From positions 19,282,001 to 19,346,000 of the forward strand of contig OX597823.1 in assembly GCA_951406725.2 (NCBI GenBank): a DNA stretch of 64,000 nt. The letters run 5' to 3'. Source of the stretch: Octopus vulgaris (lineage: Eukaryota). The notes beneath the pieces were generated by a model. The model did not search any database. It was given only the letters and a program-made list of their open reading frames with translations, and was not told where the DNA came from. The position numbers were made by a program, and so were the translations under genes. This document shows positions 22,780 through 35,210 of this stretch, piece by piece; positions within the stretch are counted from its first letter, which is position 1; each line of letters starts with the position of its first letter.

Positions 22780-23074
22780 GTGGAGGCGCAATGGACAAGT
22801 GGTTAGGGCAGCGGACTTGCGGTCGTAGGATCGTAGTTTCGATTCCCAGACCGGGCGTTGTGTTTATTGAGCGAAAACACCTAAAGCTCCATGAGGCTCC
22901 GGCAGGGGGTGGTGGCGATCCCTGCTGTACTCTTTCGCCACAACTTTCTCTCACTCTTTCTTCTGTTGGCCTGCTCGCTTAGCCAGCGGGGTGGCATCAT
23001 TTGAAGGCTAAAACAATGCAAAACGCATTGTGACCAGCGATGTGTAACAACATCTGATAGCCTGGTCGGTCACG

Positions 23075-23080
<6 letters not shown>
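22780..23080 (+). mobile_element. SINE family B, tail type 1
   Basis: Reverse complement of 4077-4380; flanked by (TA)n. Confidence 0.85.
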
Positions 23081-23105
<25 letters not shown>

Positions 23106-24163
23106 GACTACATTCACTGGTGTATAGTGGAGATCATGCTGCTATATTTAGCATGCCATGCATCCACTTGGACGGTGTCTTCTTGACTCAACAAGACCTG
23201 TTGTATTTTGGGTGGCTGAAAATTAATTTAAATGTATTTATGATAAATATTTTTATAGTCTTGGTAATTACTTATTAATATTGGCTTTAGAACACATTTT
23301 TTTTTATTACTATTGTATGTAATTTCAACTTTATCAACAAAGAGATAGACTTTGTTATAAGGTTTGCATGCAATTTGAGTCTTTGACTTCTTTCTTTCTT
23401 TCTCTCTCTCTCTCTCCCTTCCTCACTATCTCTTTCTCTCTCTTCCTTTGATTTTGTCAACAATGGAGAAACCATATTGTTCCCTCAATCCTTCCATCTT
23501 CTCTCATGTCACCTAAAATAACAAATCAGTTATGTAAGTAAAGTTGGCAACAGATTCTGTCGCCGTCATATTACTGCTGACTATAACTTGCAATTTAATT
23601 ATCAAAGTTGAAATTTTGTTGCTTTTGATTATACACACACGCACATATGTGTGTTTACTGGCTAATTTTCATTTTTCCTTTTTTTGTGTGTAGTATTTTA
23701 TGTGGTCTATATAAATTAGTTTTAGAATTGTAAAATACCATTTTCTGTTCTATTGAGGATCACACAAGTAGTTAATTGTTTCACAAATCAAGCATAGTCT
23801 CAGGTTCTATTTAGTTTTCTTACCACTTAGTCTCCAAACCACTGACCATAAGAGATCATTGTCAAAAAAAACTTAAAGAATTTGCTAAAGAAATAAAACA
23901 GGCATTGAATATTAAGTCGAGGTTTATTTGGATTGTTTAAAAATACTTGCTAATTGTCAAAGCAAACCCTCACTTGTTTCTGGAAGGAAAGATGGGCTGT
24001 TATAAAATTGTGCTATAGATCACAAGAGACCATTTAATTTTGCTAATTATCTTCTGGAATGCAAAAGTTTGGTTGAAGTATGAAATCAAACTCTGTCCTG
24101 GTACACATTTCTTGTTCCTCTTCCTGAATATAATTTCTTTACTCTTTCTTCTGTTATTTCCAG

Positions 24164-24229
24164 GGTGATGGCCAGATGTCACGAGGAATCTACATCAAGT
24201 CAGTTGTGCCTGGTGGAGCAGCTGCTTTG
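24164..24229 (+). CDS. AFDN: Afadin PDZ exon (GDGQMSRGIYIKSVVPGGAAAL)
   Basis: Polypyrimidine tract plus ttccag, TTG|gtaagt donor, 66 nt, phase 0/0. Matches GAGQDKLGIYVKSVVKGGAAD. Confidence 0.95.
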
Positions 24230-25854
24230 GTAAGTCATTCAATATATAATAATAATAATAATAATGAAATTATTGTATACAGTGCTAAGGTGCACCACAA
24301 CTTGTCAAAAGTGCGTATAAAGCATATGCAGTAATGTACAAATGTCTGGAAAGTGAACAGTGTATGAGTCAGATACATGCTTACATGTGTATGGAGAGGA
24401 GAAATATTCTCCAGGTATATGGATACCAGGAGAATATATTTAAACGGGTACCTTAAGAATAATTGGGATGAAACTTCATTCCAAAGATATGTTTGTTCCA
24501 GTAAATTGTGGCATTTTTAGAGAATTGTCCAAAGAGAATATTTATGAAAATTCTTTAAAACTGTATACATTGATTAGCAGCAGTGTGTGTTCTCTCTCTC
24601 TTGTTAATGTCCATTGTCCATGCTGGCATGGGTTGGACGGTTTGATTGAAAACTGGGGAGCTGCATCAGGTTTAAATCTGATTTGGCATGGTTTTTTCAG
24701 CTGGATACCCTTCCTAATGCCAAACACTCCAAGACTATTGACGAATCCTCTGTTGTTTACTGGTCTTTAATTTTAAGTATTTTGCGGTAAGAAGAAAAGG
24801 CGATGCCCATGATCAGTTACTGTGCTTCTAAGGCTTCCATATTCCAAGGAGTCGTTGCTAAACCACATGATGGCTTCAGTCTGCATCCAACTAGACTATG
24901 GCCAGACTTGAAACTAGAAAGCAAAGGGCTGGAACAAATGCTGAAATAAATACGATCCAAAGTTTTTACATTTCTATCAGTCCATTATATTGGATTAATA
25001 CATTTTTAGCGATCCCGGAAGAATGAGAACCAAAGTTGACTTCAGCTGTATTTGAACTCATGGGATCATAGAGCAGAGCCGGAACAAACACTCACAAGCA
25101 TTGTCCGACACTCTGCTAGTTCGCTGTCTGTAGTGAGTGCTTTTTACATGCCACCAGCACAGGTGCCTGTTATGAAACACTGGCATTGACCACGACTGTG
25201 ATCTGACTTGACAGGTCTTCTCATTGCCAAAGGGGTCAGTCACTTGCCACTGCCTCCATTAGGCCCAAAGTTTGAAGGGTGCTTTTTATATGCCACCAGC
25301 ACAGGTGCCAGGTATACAAGACTGACATCAGCCACAACTACAATTTTACTTGGCTTGATGGGTTTTCTCAAGCACAGCATATCACCCAATGTTTGAAGTG
25401 TGCTTTTTATGTGTCACCAGCACAAGTGCCAGTTAATCAAAATGAAATAAACTCCACTAATTATAAGTTAACGACCAATATTTTAATGTGAACCTTATTA
25501 AATATTGTAAATACCAATCTGAGATGAAAAGAAAATACCAACAGGTTTCACTCTAAAACTCAAACTATATTTTCTTATTTAAATTACTTAAAATGTCTAC
25601 TAAAGAATAAGTCCTGGGGGTCAATTTCCTTGACTAAAGGCGCTGCTCCAGCATGGCCGCAGTCAAATGACTGAAACGAGTAAAAGAGTAATGTTTATCA
25701 TATTTAATGTGTTAAAGGTGTATAAATTATTTTGTTTATAATTTTTTTATAATTTTATTTTTATTCCTGTTTGGTCCTGCTTATATCTGTCCACAACAGC
25801 TTTTTTTAAAATTTGGCTGCAATCACTTTCTCTATCTCCATCTCCAGGATGGAG

Positions 25855-26117
25855 CAATAATAATTTTGTTGAACTTAAAGAATGCATTCAGTTAGCAGTG
25901 CAGGAGATAACTCCTGAAATGATTCAGAATATGTTTTGCAATGCTAAAGATAGATTTGAAATTTGCAGGAATACACACAACACATGTTGGAAATTTTCAG
26001 TAAAGTTTTGACATAAGATTTTAAAATCTTTTTGTTGTGGTATCATAATTAATAAACATAGAATTCTGTCATTTTTCATTAAAATTTGCCTGATTTCATT
26101 GAAATAGATAATCCTGG
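25855..26117 (+). pseudogene. Tc1/mariner-superfamily transposase C-terminal relic
   Basis: Reads NNFVELKECIQLAVQEITPEMIQNMF..AKDRFEIC. Confidence 0.55.
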
Positions 26118-26119
26118 AA

Positions 26120-26378
26120 CATCATCATCATCTTTTAACATCTGCTTTCCATGCTAGCATGGGTTGGACGGTTTGACCGGGGTCTGGGAAGCCAGGAGGC
26201 TGCACCAGGCCCAGTCTGATCTGGCAGTGTTTCTACAGCTGGATGCCCTTCCTAGCGCCAACCACTCCGTGAGTGTAGTGGGTGCTTTTTACGTGCTACC
26301 AGCACAGGTGCCAGGCAGGGCTGGCAACAACCACGATCGGTTGGTGCTTTTTACGTGCCACTGGCACGGAGGCCAGTC
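26120..26378 (-). mobile_element. RTE 3' tail copy
   Basis: Reverse complement of the shared 3' end, about 80 nt upstream of a PDZ exon. Confidence 0.85.
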
Positions 26379-26460
26379 TAAATTTCATAACCAGAATGTC
26401 TTAAATACTGCATCACTAAATATTTAGAGGAAATTAACTTGACTATGTTTATCATTGCAG

Positions 26461-26534
26461 GATGGTCGGTTGCAGGCTGGTGACCAGTTACTGGAAGTAG
26501 ATGGTCGAAGTTTAGTGGGTTTAAGCCAAGAGAA
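26461..26534 (+). CDS. AFDN: Afadin PDZ exon (DGRLQAGDQLLEVDGRSLVGLSQE-K)
   Basis: cattgcag acceptor, AA|gtaagt donor, phase 0/2. Near-identical to afadin DGRLAAGDQLLSVDGRSLVGLSQE. Confidence 0.97.
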
Positions 26535-26695
26535 GTAAGTTCTTTTCTCTGTTGATTGACCTTTTTTCTGTTTCTTGTGTTATCTCTGGGATTTTATTGA
26601 TAAAAAAATAACTCAATGCAGTAGTAATAAGTCTTTATTTTTCTACCTTATTAATCTTGCCTTGTGCTGTTAAGATTTGATAGATTTATTTTTAA

Positions 26696-27070
26696 CTAGC
26701 AGTATCGCCGGGCGTTGCTCGGGTTTGTAAGGGAAATAACTATAAAGCATTTTTAGAGAGTTATAGCAAAAAAATGGGAAAAAAATTATGGTAAATTTTT
26801 TTTTAATCGTTGACTCATCATAGACATTTTTAGAGAATTACTTCCCTTATATAATAGCGAAAAAAATGCATTAAAATAAAAAAAAAATGATGGTAAATTT
26901 TTTTTAAATCGTAGACTCATCGTAGACGCGCGCTAATACCCAGAAGGGCTCGATATGAATCACGACTATAAGATACCCGGTTTGGGTTAAACTGCACCGC
27001 AAAATGTGGGAGTAGTTAGGAATCTAAATTGTAGGAGACAGACACACAACCTTACTTTTATATATAAAGA
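26696..27070 (-). mobile_element. Non-autonomous Helitron
   Basis: - strand starts TC(TTTATATATAAA), ends with a GC-rich hairpin then CTAG, inserted between A and T. Confidence 0.85.
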
Positions 27071-27414
27071 TTATAATAATAATAATGAAATTATTGTATA
27101 CAGTGCTCAGGTGCACCACAATGCTCAGATTGTCTTCAGCTGCTCTTCATCTTATGTCCATACATTTACCTTGATTCAGAACTTTTATTTCAAGTAATTA
27201 AGAGGGTTGGGACATTGTGTTAGAAATAAAGGTCAGTAGAAATAAAGTTGTGTATGCTATAATCAACATTATCATCATTTTACATCTGGTTTTCCTAGCT
27301 GGCATGGGTTGGATGGTTTGACAAAAGTTAATTGCTAATGATACTGTTTATGATGTCTCCTAACTAAGATAATGCCTATGATGTTACTATGATATTTCTC
27401 TCTTTGTTTTGTAG

Positions 27415-27533
27415 AGCTGCTAATTTGATGACAAAAACTGGCCATGTGGTTCGGTTGAAAGTATCGAAACAAGGAGCAATTTACCATGGTCTAGCAACTC
27501 TGCTCAGTCAACCATCACCAGTCATCCCAAGAG
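27415..27533 (+). CDS. AFDN: Afadin PDZ C-terminal exon (AANLMTKTGHVVRLKVSKQGAIYHGLATLLSQPSPVIPR)
   Basis: ttttgtag acceptor, G|gtgagg donor, phase 2/1. Contains the afadin/canoe signature KQGAIYHGLATLLxQPSP. Confidence 0.97.
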
Positions 27534-27815
27534 GTGAGGAAAGAGGTTTCCATTTCAAACCAGTTTACTTGGAGTGGCATGGTTTGGTGTGGTGGTCGTA
27601 TTGATATTGTTTAGTGTGGGTTGATGTTTCTAGCATGGAGTGTTTGGTCTGTGTGCTGCGTGCGCTGTACTTGTGGTGTATTGTTCACTGTTTATACTTT
27701 GACTATGCACTTAATCTTTGAAGCTTAGTGACCTGTTTCTAATGTAAAGTGCCAAGTTGTCATAGAACCATGTTAACATATGAATAATGTAATAAATTTC
27801 TCATTTCTCTCACAG

Positions 27816-28553
27816 CTAACAGTCCCAAGAGGAATGGTCCACCTGGTCCACCTAATGCTTACCCAAATAAGGGTCGCCACAGAAGCGAGGAAAATCTGAA
27901 TGTAAATGGTATGCCTAATGATATGGCTCGACAAACTCCCCTTCATCAAGGTCCATCTCGTGATTTCCGTGATATGCCTCGACAGGGGACTCCTCTGCAA
28001 CAAGGCCCACCTCCAGAAATGGCACGTCATGGACCACCTCATCAAGGGCCACCTCATCAAGGACCACCTCATCAAGGGCCACCTCATCAAGGGCCTCCTC
28101 ATCAAGGGCCTCCTCATCAAGGGCCACCTCATCAAGGGCCACCTCATCAAGGGCCACCTCATCAAGGGCCACCTCATCAAGGGCCTCCTCATCAAGGACC
28201 ACTTTATGAAATGGCTCACTCAGGTATGCCAGTCCAAGGTTCCTCTCGTGAAATGCCTCGCCAGGGTATGCCTCATGACATGGTCCGACCTGGCCCTCCA
28301 CGCCAAGGCTCTCCTCAAACTAGTTCTCCTCGAGAAATGTCTCGCCAAGGGCCACCACAGCCAGGTTCTCCCCGTAACCCGAACCAAGGTTCACCACAGT
28401 ACCAAGGCTCTCCACGGGATATGATTCGTCACCAGGGACCACCTCCACCTGGATATAAAAAGGAATTTCGTGATGGTCCACCTAGAATTCAAGCACATGA
28501 TGTGAGGCCACAATATTATACCCTTGCACCACAGTCTTCTCCTTCCATAAACA
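27816..28553 (+). CDS. AFDN: Afadin exon, Pro/Gln/Gly-rich disordered region with (GPPHQ)11
   Basis: ctctcacag acceptor, A|gtaagt donor, phase 1/1, open throughout (frame of ORF 27911..28567). Confidence 0.9.
28031..28195 (+). repeat. Coding 15-bp tandem repeat, 11 units (GPPHQ)
   Basis: GGRCCWCCTCATCAA x11; units vary only at synonymous positions. Confidence 0.97.
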
Positions 28554-31003
28554 GTAAGTACTGCTAATTTGTTCATTTTACTTTGTCTCTTCTCTTCAGA
28601 AAGCAGGGTCTCCCCCCTCCCCCAACAATAACCAAAATACTAAAATATTCAAACCTAGTATCAGCTGAAGAGAGTTGTATGATTAAGTTTTCTTTGCAAT
28701 TTCTCTTTGTGGCAAGTGTCTTCTATCACTGAGTCGTCTGGCTAACTAAATCCGAATGAGTGAAATTTCATTAGTCGATTGCAGCCGCTTGCTTTCCAGA
28801 CCTCAGTCAAACCATCCAACCCATGCCAGCATGGAAAACAAACATTAAACTATGATGATATTGTGTGGGAGCCTTTTGAATGGACCCATCCTGTACTTCA
28901 GTGATAGACTTAATCTGTTGCTACCTGACATTTGGTTACCTTTAGATTGGTACACGCTCTTGTAAACATTTATATCTGGTCTCCAGTCTGAGAAGAACTG
29001 ATAGAAATGCCTTAGGGACATTGAAGAAAGCTATGAGTATTGCCCTCACATCTCTGATCAAGCCATAGAAAAAATAAAAGAAATAGTTATGGAAGACTGC
29101 ATAAATAGTTGCGTTCAAATAAATATAGTCTTTATTTTTTTAAACCAGTGTCAGAAGCAATACTTATGGCTTTTGTACATTCTCCCAGTCTGGTGAGATT
29201 GATGTGGTTAATGTTCAGTTTGAACGTATGTTGGCCAGTGTTTGTTGAAAGATGTTGGGACACCAACATTCAGGGGTCAATTATATCAGTCTCAGTATTT
29301 AGTATGGTACTCATTTTATTGACTACTATACTCCAACCATCTGAGGCCTGCAGACTTTTATCTTGCAGCCTGCTTGATACTTTCTTGAAGTTTTGTGTTT
29401 AATTTAAAAATTAAAATTGTGTAAAACATCTGTTTCAAAATAAATTAAAAATTTATAAGTAGCAATAAAGCAATAGCTTACAATTTTATAATTTTAAAAC
29501 AAACAAAAAGTATGAAAAGTTCTTGATTCTGTAATTTGGTTATTTGACTATTAGTGCATAAAGTATACAAGCGGCCCTCAAAAAAAATTTCTGTGATTAA
29601 AGTGGCCCACAATGTAATTCAAGTTGGCCAGACCCGCCTTAGAGAATTATTTTTCTCTTGCAAACTTACCATTAAAACATCCACTCTTCCAGGCTATCAA
29701 GGCAGATTTTCTACAGCCACACACCTTTCCTATCTACTAGCCCTTGCCTGTTTCCATGCAAGGTAATATTTTCCATGCCCAAACATGATTTTCATGGAAG
29801 ACTGGAAACAAATAACTTTGCTTTTATGGCAGTGATGCTCATTTGCAACCATCACTTAATGTCTAGACATGAGCAACACACAACCACATACACATGGCAG
29901 GCTTCCGCACAGTTTCCATCCCTCAAATCTACTCACAAGGCTTTCGTTAACCTAGCACTATAATAGAAGACACTTGCGCAAAGGGCTGTTCTGTAAGATT
30001 AAAGCCTTGACATGATTGGGAAGGAAGCTTTTTTAACTACACAGCCACACCAGCGCCTGTCTATACATGTTACATGTCAAATTTCACTCATTAAACTTTG
30101 GTCAACCTGACACTTTGATAGAAGACGTAGTCATACAAGGGATCAAATCCAGAACCACTTAGTTACAAAGTGAACTTTTCAACCCCCAACAGTCATGCCT
30201 GTACCCATTTGTAGACACAATAAAACAAGTGACTATAATAAAGGTGACTCTGCAATAACGTAACTATTTTACAAAAACACAATCTCAGATTAAGTCTTTT
30301 GCCAAACAAAACCAACAAAAGAATTTTTGCATTTCAGTTAATCTGGATTTGTGAGATTATTTTAAGTAAGACTTATTTGATTTGTTTCTGAGAGTAAACT
30401 GTTGGGTTTACTGGTCACCTGATACTGAATTCAAACTTTTGCTTTTGATTTTTTTCCAACATCACTATTATTGAAACCATTGTGTGGTGTTCGTGACCAA
30501 GGTACATATTTTTGCTTGTCTCAGTCTGCCTGACTGACAAATTGGTATTGTTTATGTTTGAATTACAAGCAAATAAGTTCTATCTTTTCTTCACAGTTAA
30601 GAGGTTAATAATGTTGAAAGAGCTGACATCTAGATGTAAAAAGAGTCAATCCTGTAATTTAACAAGCCATTTCACCTGCAGAGAAATTTATGTAAAATTG
30701 GGGGCGTGGGGGGGGGGGGGTAATTTTTTTAAAAAAAAGCTCACATCATTGTTATGCATCTGAATTTGCATGTCTGTTGCATAAATGTTTTTGCTTGGTT
30801 ATGACACAAATTTCCTGAGCAAACAGTTTGACTTTTCTTGCCATTTTTATTTCACTTTGCTGCAATTTATGGAATGTTATTTGAATTTTGTTCTTCTTTA
30901 ATTTTTTTTTTTTATGTTTGTTTGTTTAAAATTTTATATATTGAATCTTTGAAATGAAAAACAAAAACAAAAAAAAAAGAAAAGAAAATGGGGCTTTTTT
31001 CAG

Positions 31004-31267
31004 ACTTGCATGATAGATCTTGGTCCAATGCTGAGTGCACTCTGCAGGAACTCCAGTGCAGGAAAAATGTCAAAGACCTTGTCCTCGAAGCTGAATGGCG
31101 AGGTCTTTCTGCTTCTACTTCTGCTCCTGTTAATGTTTCATTTGGTGCCAGAAATAACCGCAAAGTTGTTTCAAGTCAAACTAAAATGGGTCTGCACAGT
31201 ATTCGTAGAAATTCCAACTATATCAGTTCATCTCTGCCAATATTATGGCAACCAGCTCCAGATTTTC
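31004..31267 (+). CDS. AFDN: Probable alternatively spliced 264-nt symmetric cassette exon of afadin (LHDRSWSNAEC...LWQPAPDF)
   Basis: cttttttcag acceptor, C|gtaagt donor, 88 codons open in phase 1/1 matching both neighbours. TGCATG at 30767, 31007 and 31388. Confidence 0.7.
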
Positions 31268-31926
31268 GTAAGTCGGTTCAGCACATAGCACAGGCAGCAC
31301 TTGTTTAGAAATTAGAGTGGGACAAATCCACCTTGTCTTAGACTTAATTTGAAGTTCTAGCTCTCCTATATACCCTCTTATATTATCTGCATGATTAAAT
31401 TGTAGCATTTTTAATTCCAGTTTCCTGATCTTATTTGCTTGATCCTTCTGTCTTGATCACATTTGCTTGATCCCTCTTTTGATTCCCTTGATCCATATTT
31501 TGATCCCCTTTGCTTTGATCTCTTTGCATAGTCTTAGCTGCACTGCTAGACATGTCTTAGTAATTTTGTAGCAGTCTTGATTTTTCAGAACCCCAATATC
31601 TTGTAAACAGTTAGTAAAGATAGTAATATTGATTGTAAGTTATCAATGTCAACTGACTAATGAAATTACTATCTTGGTTTATTTGGAAAAGCTATCGGAA
31701 GCATCCTCATTGATGTCACCATTTACATATACCTAAATTGGAAGCTACTATCTCCCATCATCACTACTACTACAACTACAACTACAAGATAGTGAAGGGA
31801 ATCTGAAGTGGAGAGTAGGAGTGTTGAACTGGTGGTGATGAATTTGGAAATCACTTGTTTAAGAATGTCATTTTTACGATTATTGGTAACTGAATAAGCA
31901 GATACCAAACTTGGATATTGAGAAAG

Positions 31927-31969
<43 letters not shown>

Positions 31970-31970
<1 letters not shown>

Positions 31971-32360
31971 TAGCAGTATCACCCGGCGTTGCTTGGGTTT
32001 TGTAAGGGAAATAACTATATAAGCATTTTTAGAGTTATAGTCAAAAAATAGCAAAAAAATGCATTAAAAATGGGAAAAAAATTATGGTAAATTTTTTTTA
32101 AATCGTTGACTCATCGTAGACATTTTTAGAGAGTTACTTCCCTTACATAATAGCGAAAAAATGCATTAAAATGGGAAAAAATTATGGTAAATTTTTTTTT
32201 AAATCATACTCATCGTAGACGCGCGCTAATACCCAGAAGGGCCCGATATGAATCACGACTATAAGATACCCGGTTTTGGTTAAACTGCACCGCAAAATGT
32301 GGGAGTAAGGAATCTAAATCGTAGGAGACAGACACACAACTTCACTTTTATATATAAAGA
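31970..32360 (-). mobile_element. Non-autonomous Helitron, same family
   Basis: Same termini, inserted in (TA)n. Confidence 0.85.
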
Positions 32361-32716
32361 TATATATATATATATGGGAAGGGTGTCATTTTTAGGTTAA
32401 ATTTTTGTGATACAAGTGGTCCTTTAATAAAGATTATTTTTCAGTTTTTAACCTTAAACAGTCTTAACAGCAAAATTCAATGTAAATACTGTCTTAGCTA
32501 TAGGGGTGGACACTAACACATGAGTAGTGGTGGTGGTAGTGGGGTGCAGTGGGTTGGGGGCTAGGTACTTTGTTATTGGTACATCAGTGTGTGAACAGTG
32601 ACATGATGTACCTATATTACTAATTTTTAATGTAATTTCTTTCGGAAGTGTATTTATAAGTGTAAAAAAAGTAACCTTTAAGAAACTTCAATTTAGTAAA
32701 TTGTCACCTTACTTAC

Positions 32717-33047
32717 CAGCATCACCTTACTGGCACTTGTGTCGGTGGCACATGAAAAAACATTTGAGCGAGGTTGTTACCGGTGCCGCTGGACTGACTC
32801 CTGTGCAGGTGGCACGTAAAAAACACCATTTTAGTGTGGCCGTTGCCAGTACTGCCAGACTGGCCCTCATGCCGGTGGCCTGTAAAAGCACCCACTACAC
32901 TCAGTGGTTGGCATTAGGAAAGGCATCTAGCTGTAGAATCTCTGCCAGATCAGATTGGAGCCTGGTGCATCCATCTTGTTCGGCAGTTCTCAGTCAAATG
33001 GTCCAACTCATGCTAGCATGTAAAGCGGACGTTAAACGATGATGATG
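32717..33047 (+). mobile_element. RTE 3' tail copy
   Basis: Shared 3' end and (GAT)n tail. Confidence 0.85.
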
Positions 33048-33224
33048 AAACAAAACACATTCAAGTTTTAAAGGTTTATAACTGATATCATCCGACTCCC
33101 CCTACTAGTTCTTTAGTAGTTCAGGTCCTCTACTTGGTGCTTGGTATGTCATCTTCTGATATTCTTCAAAAATTGTCCTATTGTGATTTTGTTGATTGAT
33201 TGATTGTTGTTGTTGTTGTTACAG

Positions 33225-35143
33225 GTGAAGGATCTGCTTCTGATCCCCGCAACCAGAAAAACAATGCCAACTACCAGAGCCGTACTTTACCTCAAGGTGA
33301 AGTGATGAAGCCACCCCCAGGGAGTATGCAACACCTACGTGACCCCAACATGTCTAATCAACAAGACTCTCCGAGTAACCTCCGGAACCCAGCTGCAAAT
33401 GGCCCCATGAGAGTGAATCAGGGTTCTCCACACCGGCAGCAACAGCACCACCTAGGGCAGCCCTTCATGAACGGTGGTAACAGACCAGGTTTTGAACAAC
33501 GAAATGCTTCTCCTAACAATCAAATTCCTCCAACAGATCCTCGCTACCCTGGACCCCTCGCTAGAAGTCCAGATATAAGCAAGCAGCAAGATCCACCAGG
33601 GAAAGCTATGGACAATCGGAACATTGACCCATATCAAAGAATTCCAGAAAATGCCAGACAAGGAAGCATCAACAAACAGCAGGACCCTCTGCGATATTCT
33701 CGAGCTGGCCCCACAGAAATGGTCAGACATGTCCAAAGCATACCTGATCGAGGGGCTGCTTACACACCAAGTCCTATTCCACCATATCAGCAAAAAGGTA
33801 CACCACCACTTGCTAATCAACCTCCTACTTCTGTTCATTCACCAGTGAATAACGCAATGAAGGATGATCGACCAGTTTCAGTTGCATATCCTGGCAGTCG
33901 TCCTGACCGTCAAGATTATTCTGGAAACCAGCTGCGTCCGAGGTCAGACGAGATAAGTACAGATAAGGTGCGTGAATGGCAGATGAAATATGACTTGGAC
34001 AACAGTCGAAACTACGGCGGCCTTAATGGCACTGAACAGAATTTCAATCGGTTTGGTAATCTCACGGAATCACCTGAGCAGAAAGTACAGCCATCACACT
34101 ATGCAAAAATTCGAGCAGAACCTCCTTCTCAAGAAATCAGACAAGACATTCCAAAAGCATCGGTCAACAACCAAGCTCGCCAACAGCATTTCTTTGAGAA
34201 AACCAAAGAACGTATGCAAGAACCAGCACCTCCTTTCCACCAGCTGCCAAAGGCAGGAGACCAACATATTGTAAAGAAACCAACAGTTCCTCCAAAGAAG
34301 GTAGCTCTGAAACCAGTTGAACCAATTCCAGCAACTGCTGATATTGGTCGTGTCAATGTCCAAGAGAATCATGTGTTGCATCAGAACCTCTATAATGCAA
34401 GGCTTGGACCTGAAGAACATCTGTACATGCCGCCAACATCAACAGCAACTGCAAACAGAATGACTTATGTTGATCACGAAGGTTCCTACTTACCACCACC
34501 CCCAGAGATTCCACCCGATTTGCCTCCACCCCCTGCACCTGAAGATCTTCAGGATATTCTCCCTCCACCGCCACCTGATAACATCAAGTATAACAACTAC
34601 CCCCCAGAGAATGTGCAGTGGAATCAGTCAAACAGATACTCTGAAGAATTCAGTCGAGTTGATTTCCATGATAATCTCAAAGAAGGCACTACATACCAAC
34701 ACATGGTCCCTAACAACATGAACTCCAACTCCCATACTCAGTACACCATCCAGCAGAACAACTACAACCGGGACCCCCATGCAAACGAGAAGCAGTTTGG
34801 CCATCAAGGCTTCCTTCCATCCCACACAGGCCCTGATAACATTGTCAAGAACAAGAGTGGGCCACCCCTACCACCTCCCCCACAAGAACAACCTCAGCTT
34901 TCTTCAAGTGTCCCCTATTGGGATGGTGACGAAGATATAGACCCTCATGATATAAACAGGCTTAGGGAGCTTGAGATAAAGAAGCTGATTGAGATGAAGT
35001 ATCGTCAACCACAGGACGAAGACAGACTGAGGAAGCTACAGCTGGAAGAGGAATTCCAACGCCGTGTCAAAGAAGTTGGTGATAGAGATGATGACGATGA
35101 TGATGATGGCTCAGAAGCTGGTTACAGTCAATACAGAGTTCAG
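33225..35143 (+). CDS. AFDN: Afadin large exon: Pro-rich disordered region, LPPPP motifs and start of the coiled coil (EDRLRKLQLEEEFQRRVKE)
   Basis: gttacag acceptor, CAG|gtttga donor, phase 1/0, 1919 nt open. RLRKLxLExEFQRR motif of afadin/canoe. Confidence 0.93.
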
Positions 35144-35210
35144 GTTTGATTTCTTTTTGATGTTTGTTTTTAATTTTTTTTTTTTTGGTCATATCTGTGA
35201 GCAATTTGTC

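Noticed and set aside
23469-23533. Possible exon ending in gtaagt
   Set aside because: GAG acceptor, 65 nt (frame-shifting) and an in-frame stop.
27773-28424. Overlapping ORFs with RWPLM, DEVAL and KGHLI repeats
   Set aside because: Shadow frames of the GPPHQ repeat; only the GPPHQ frame has phase-compatible splice sites and purely synonymous variation.
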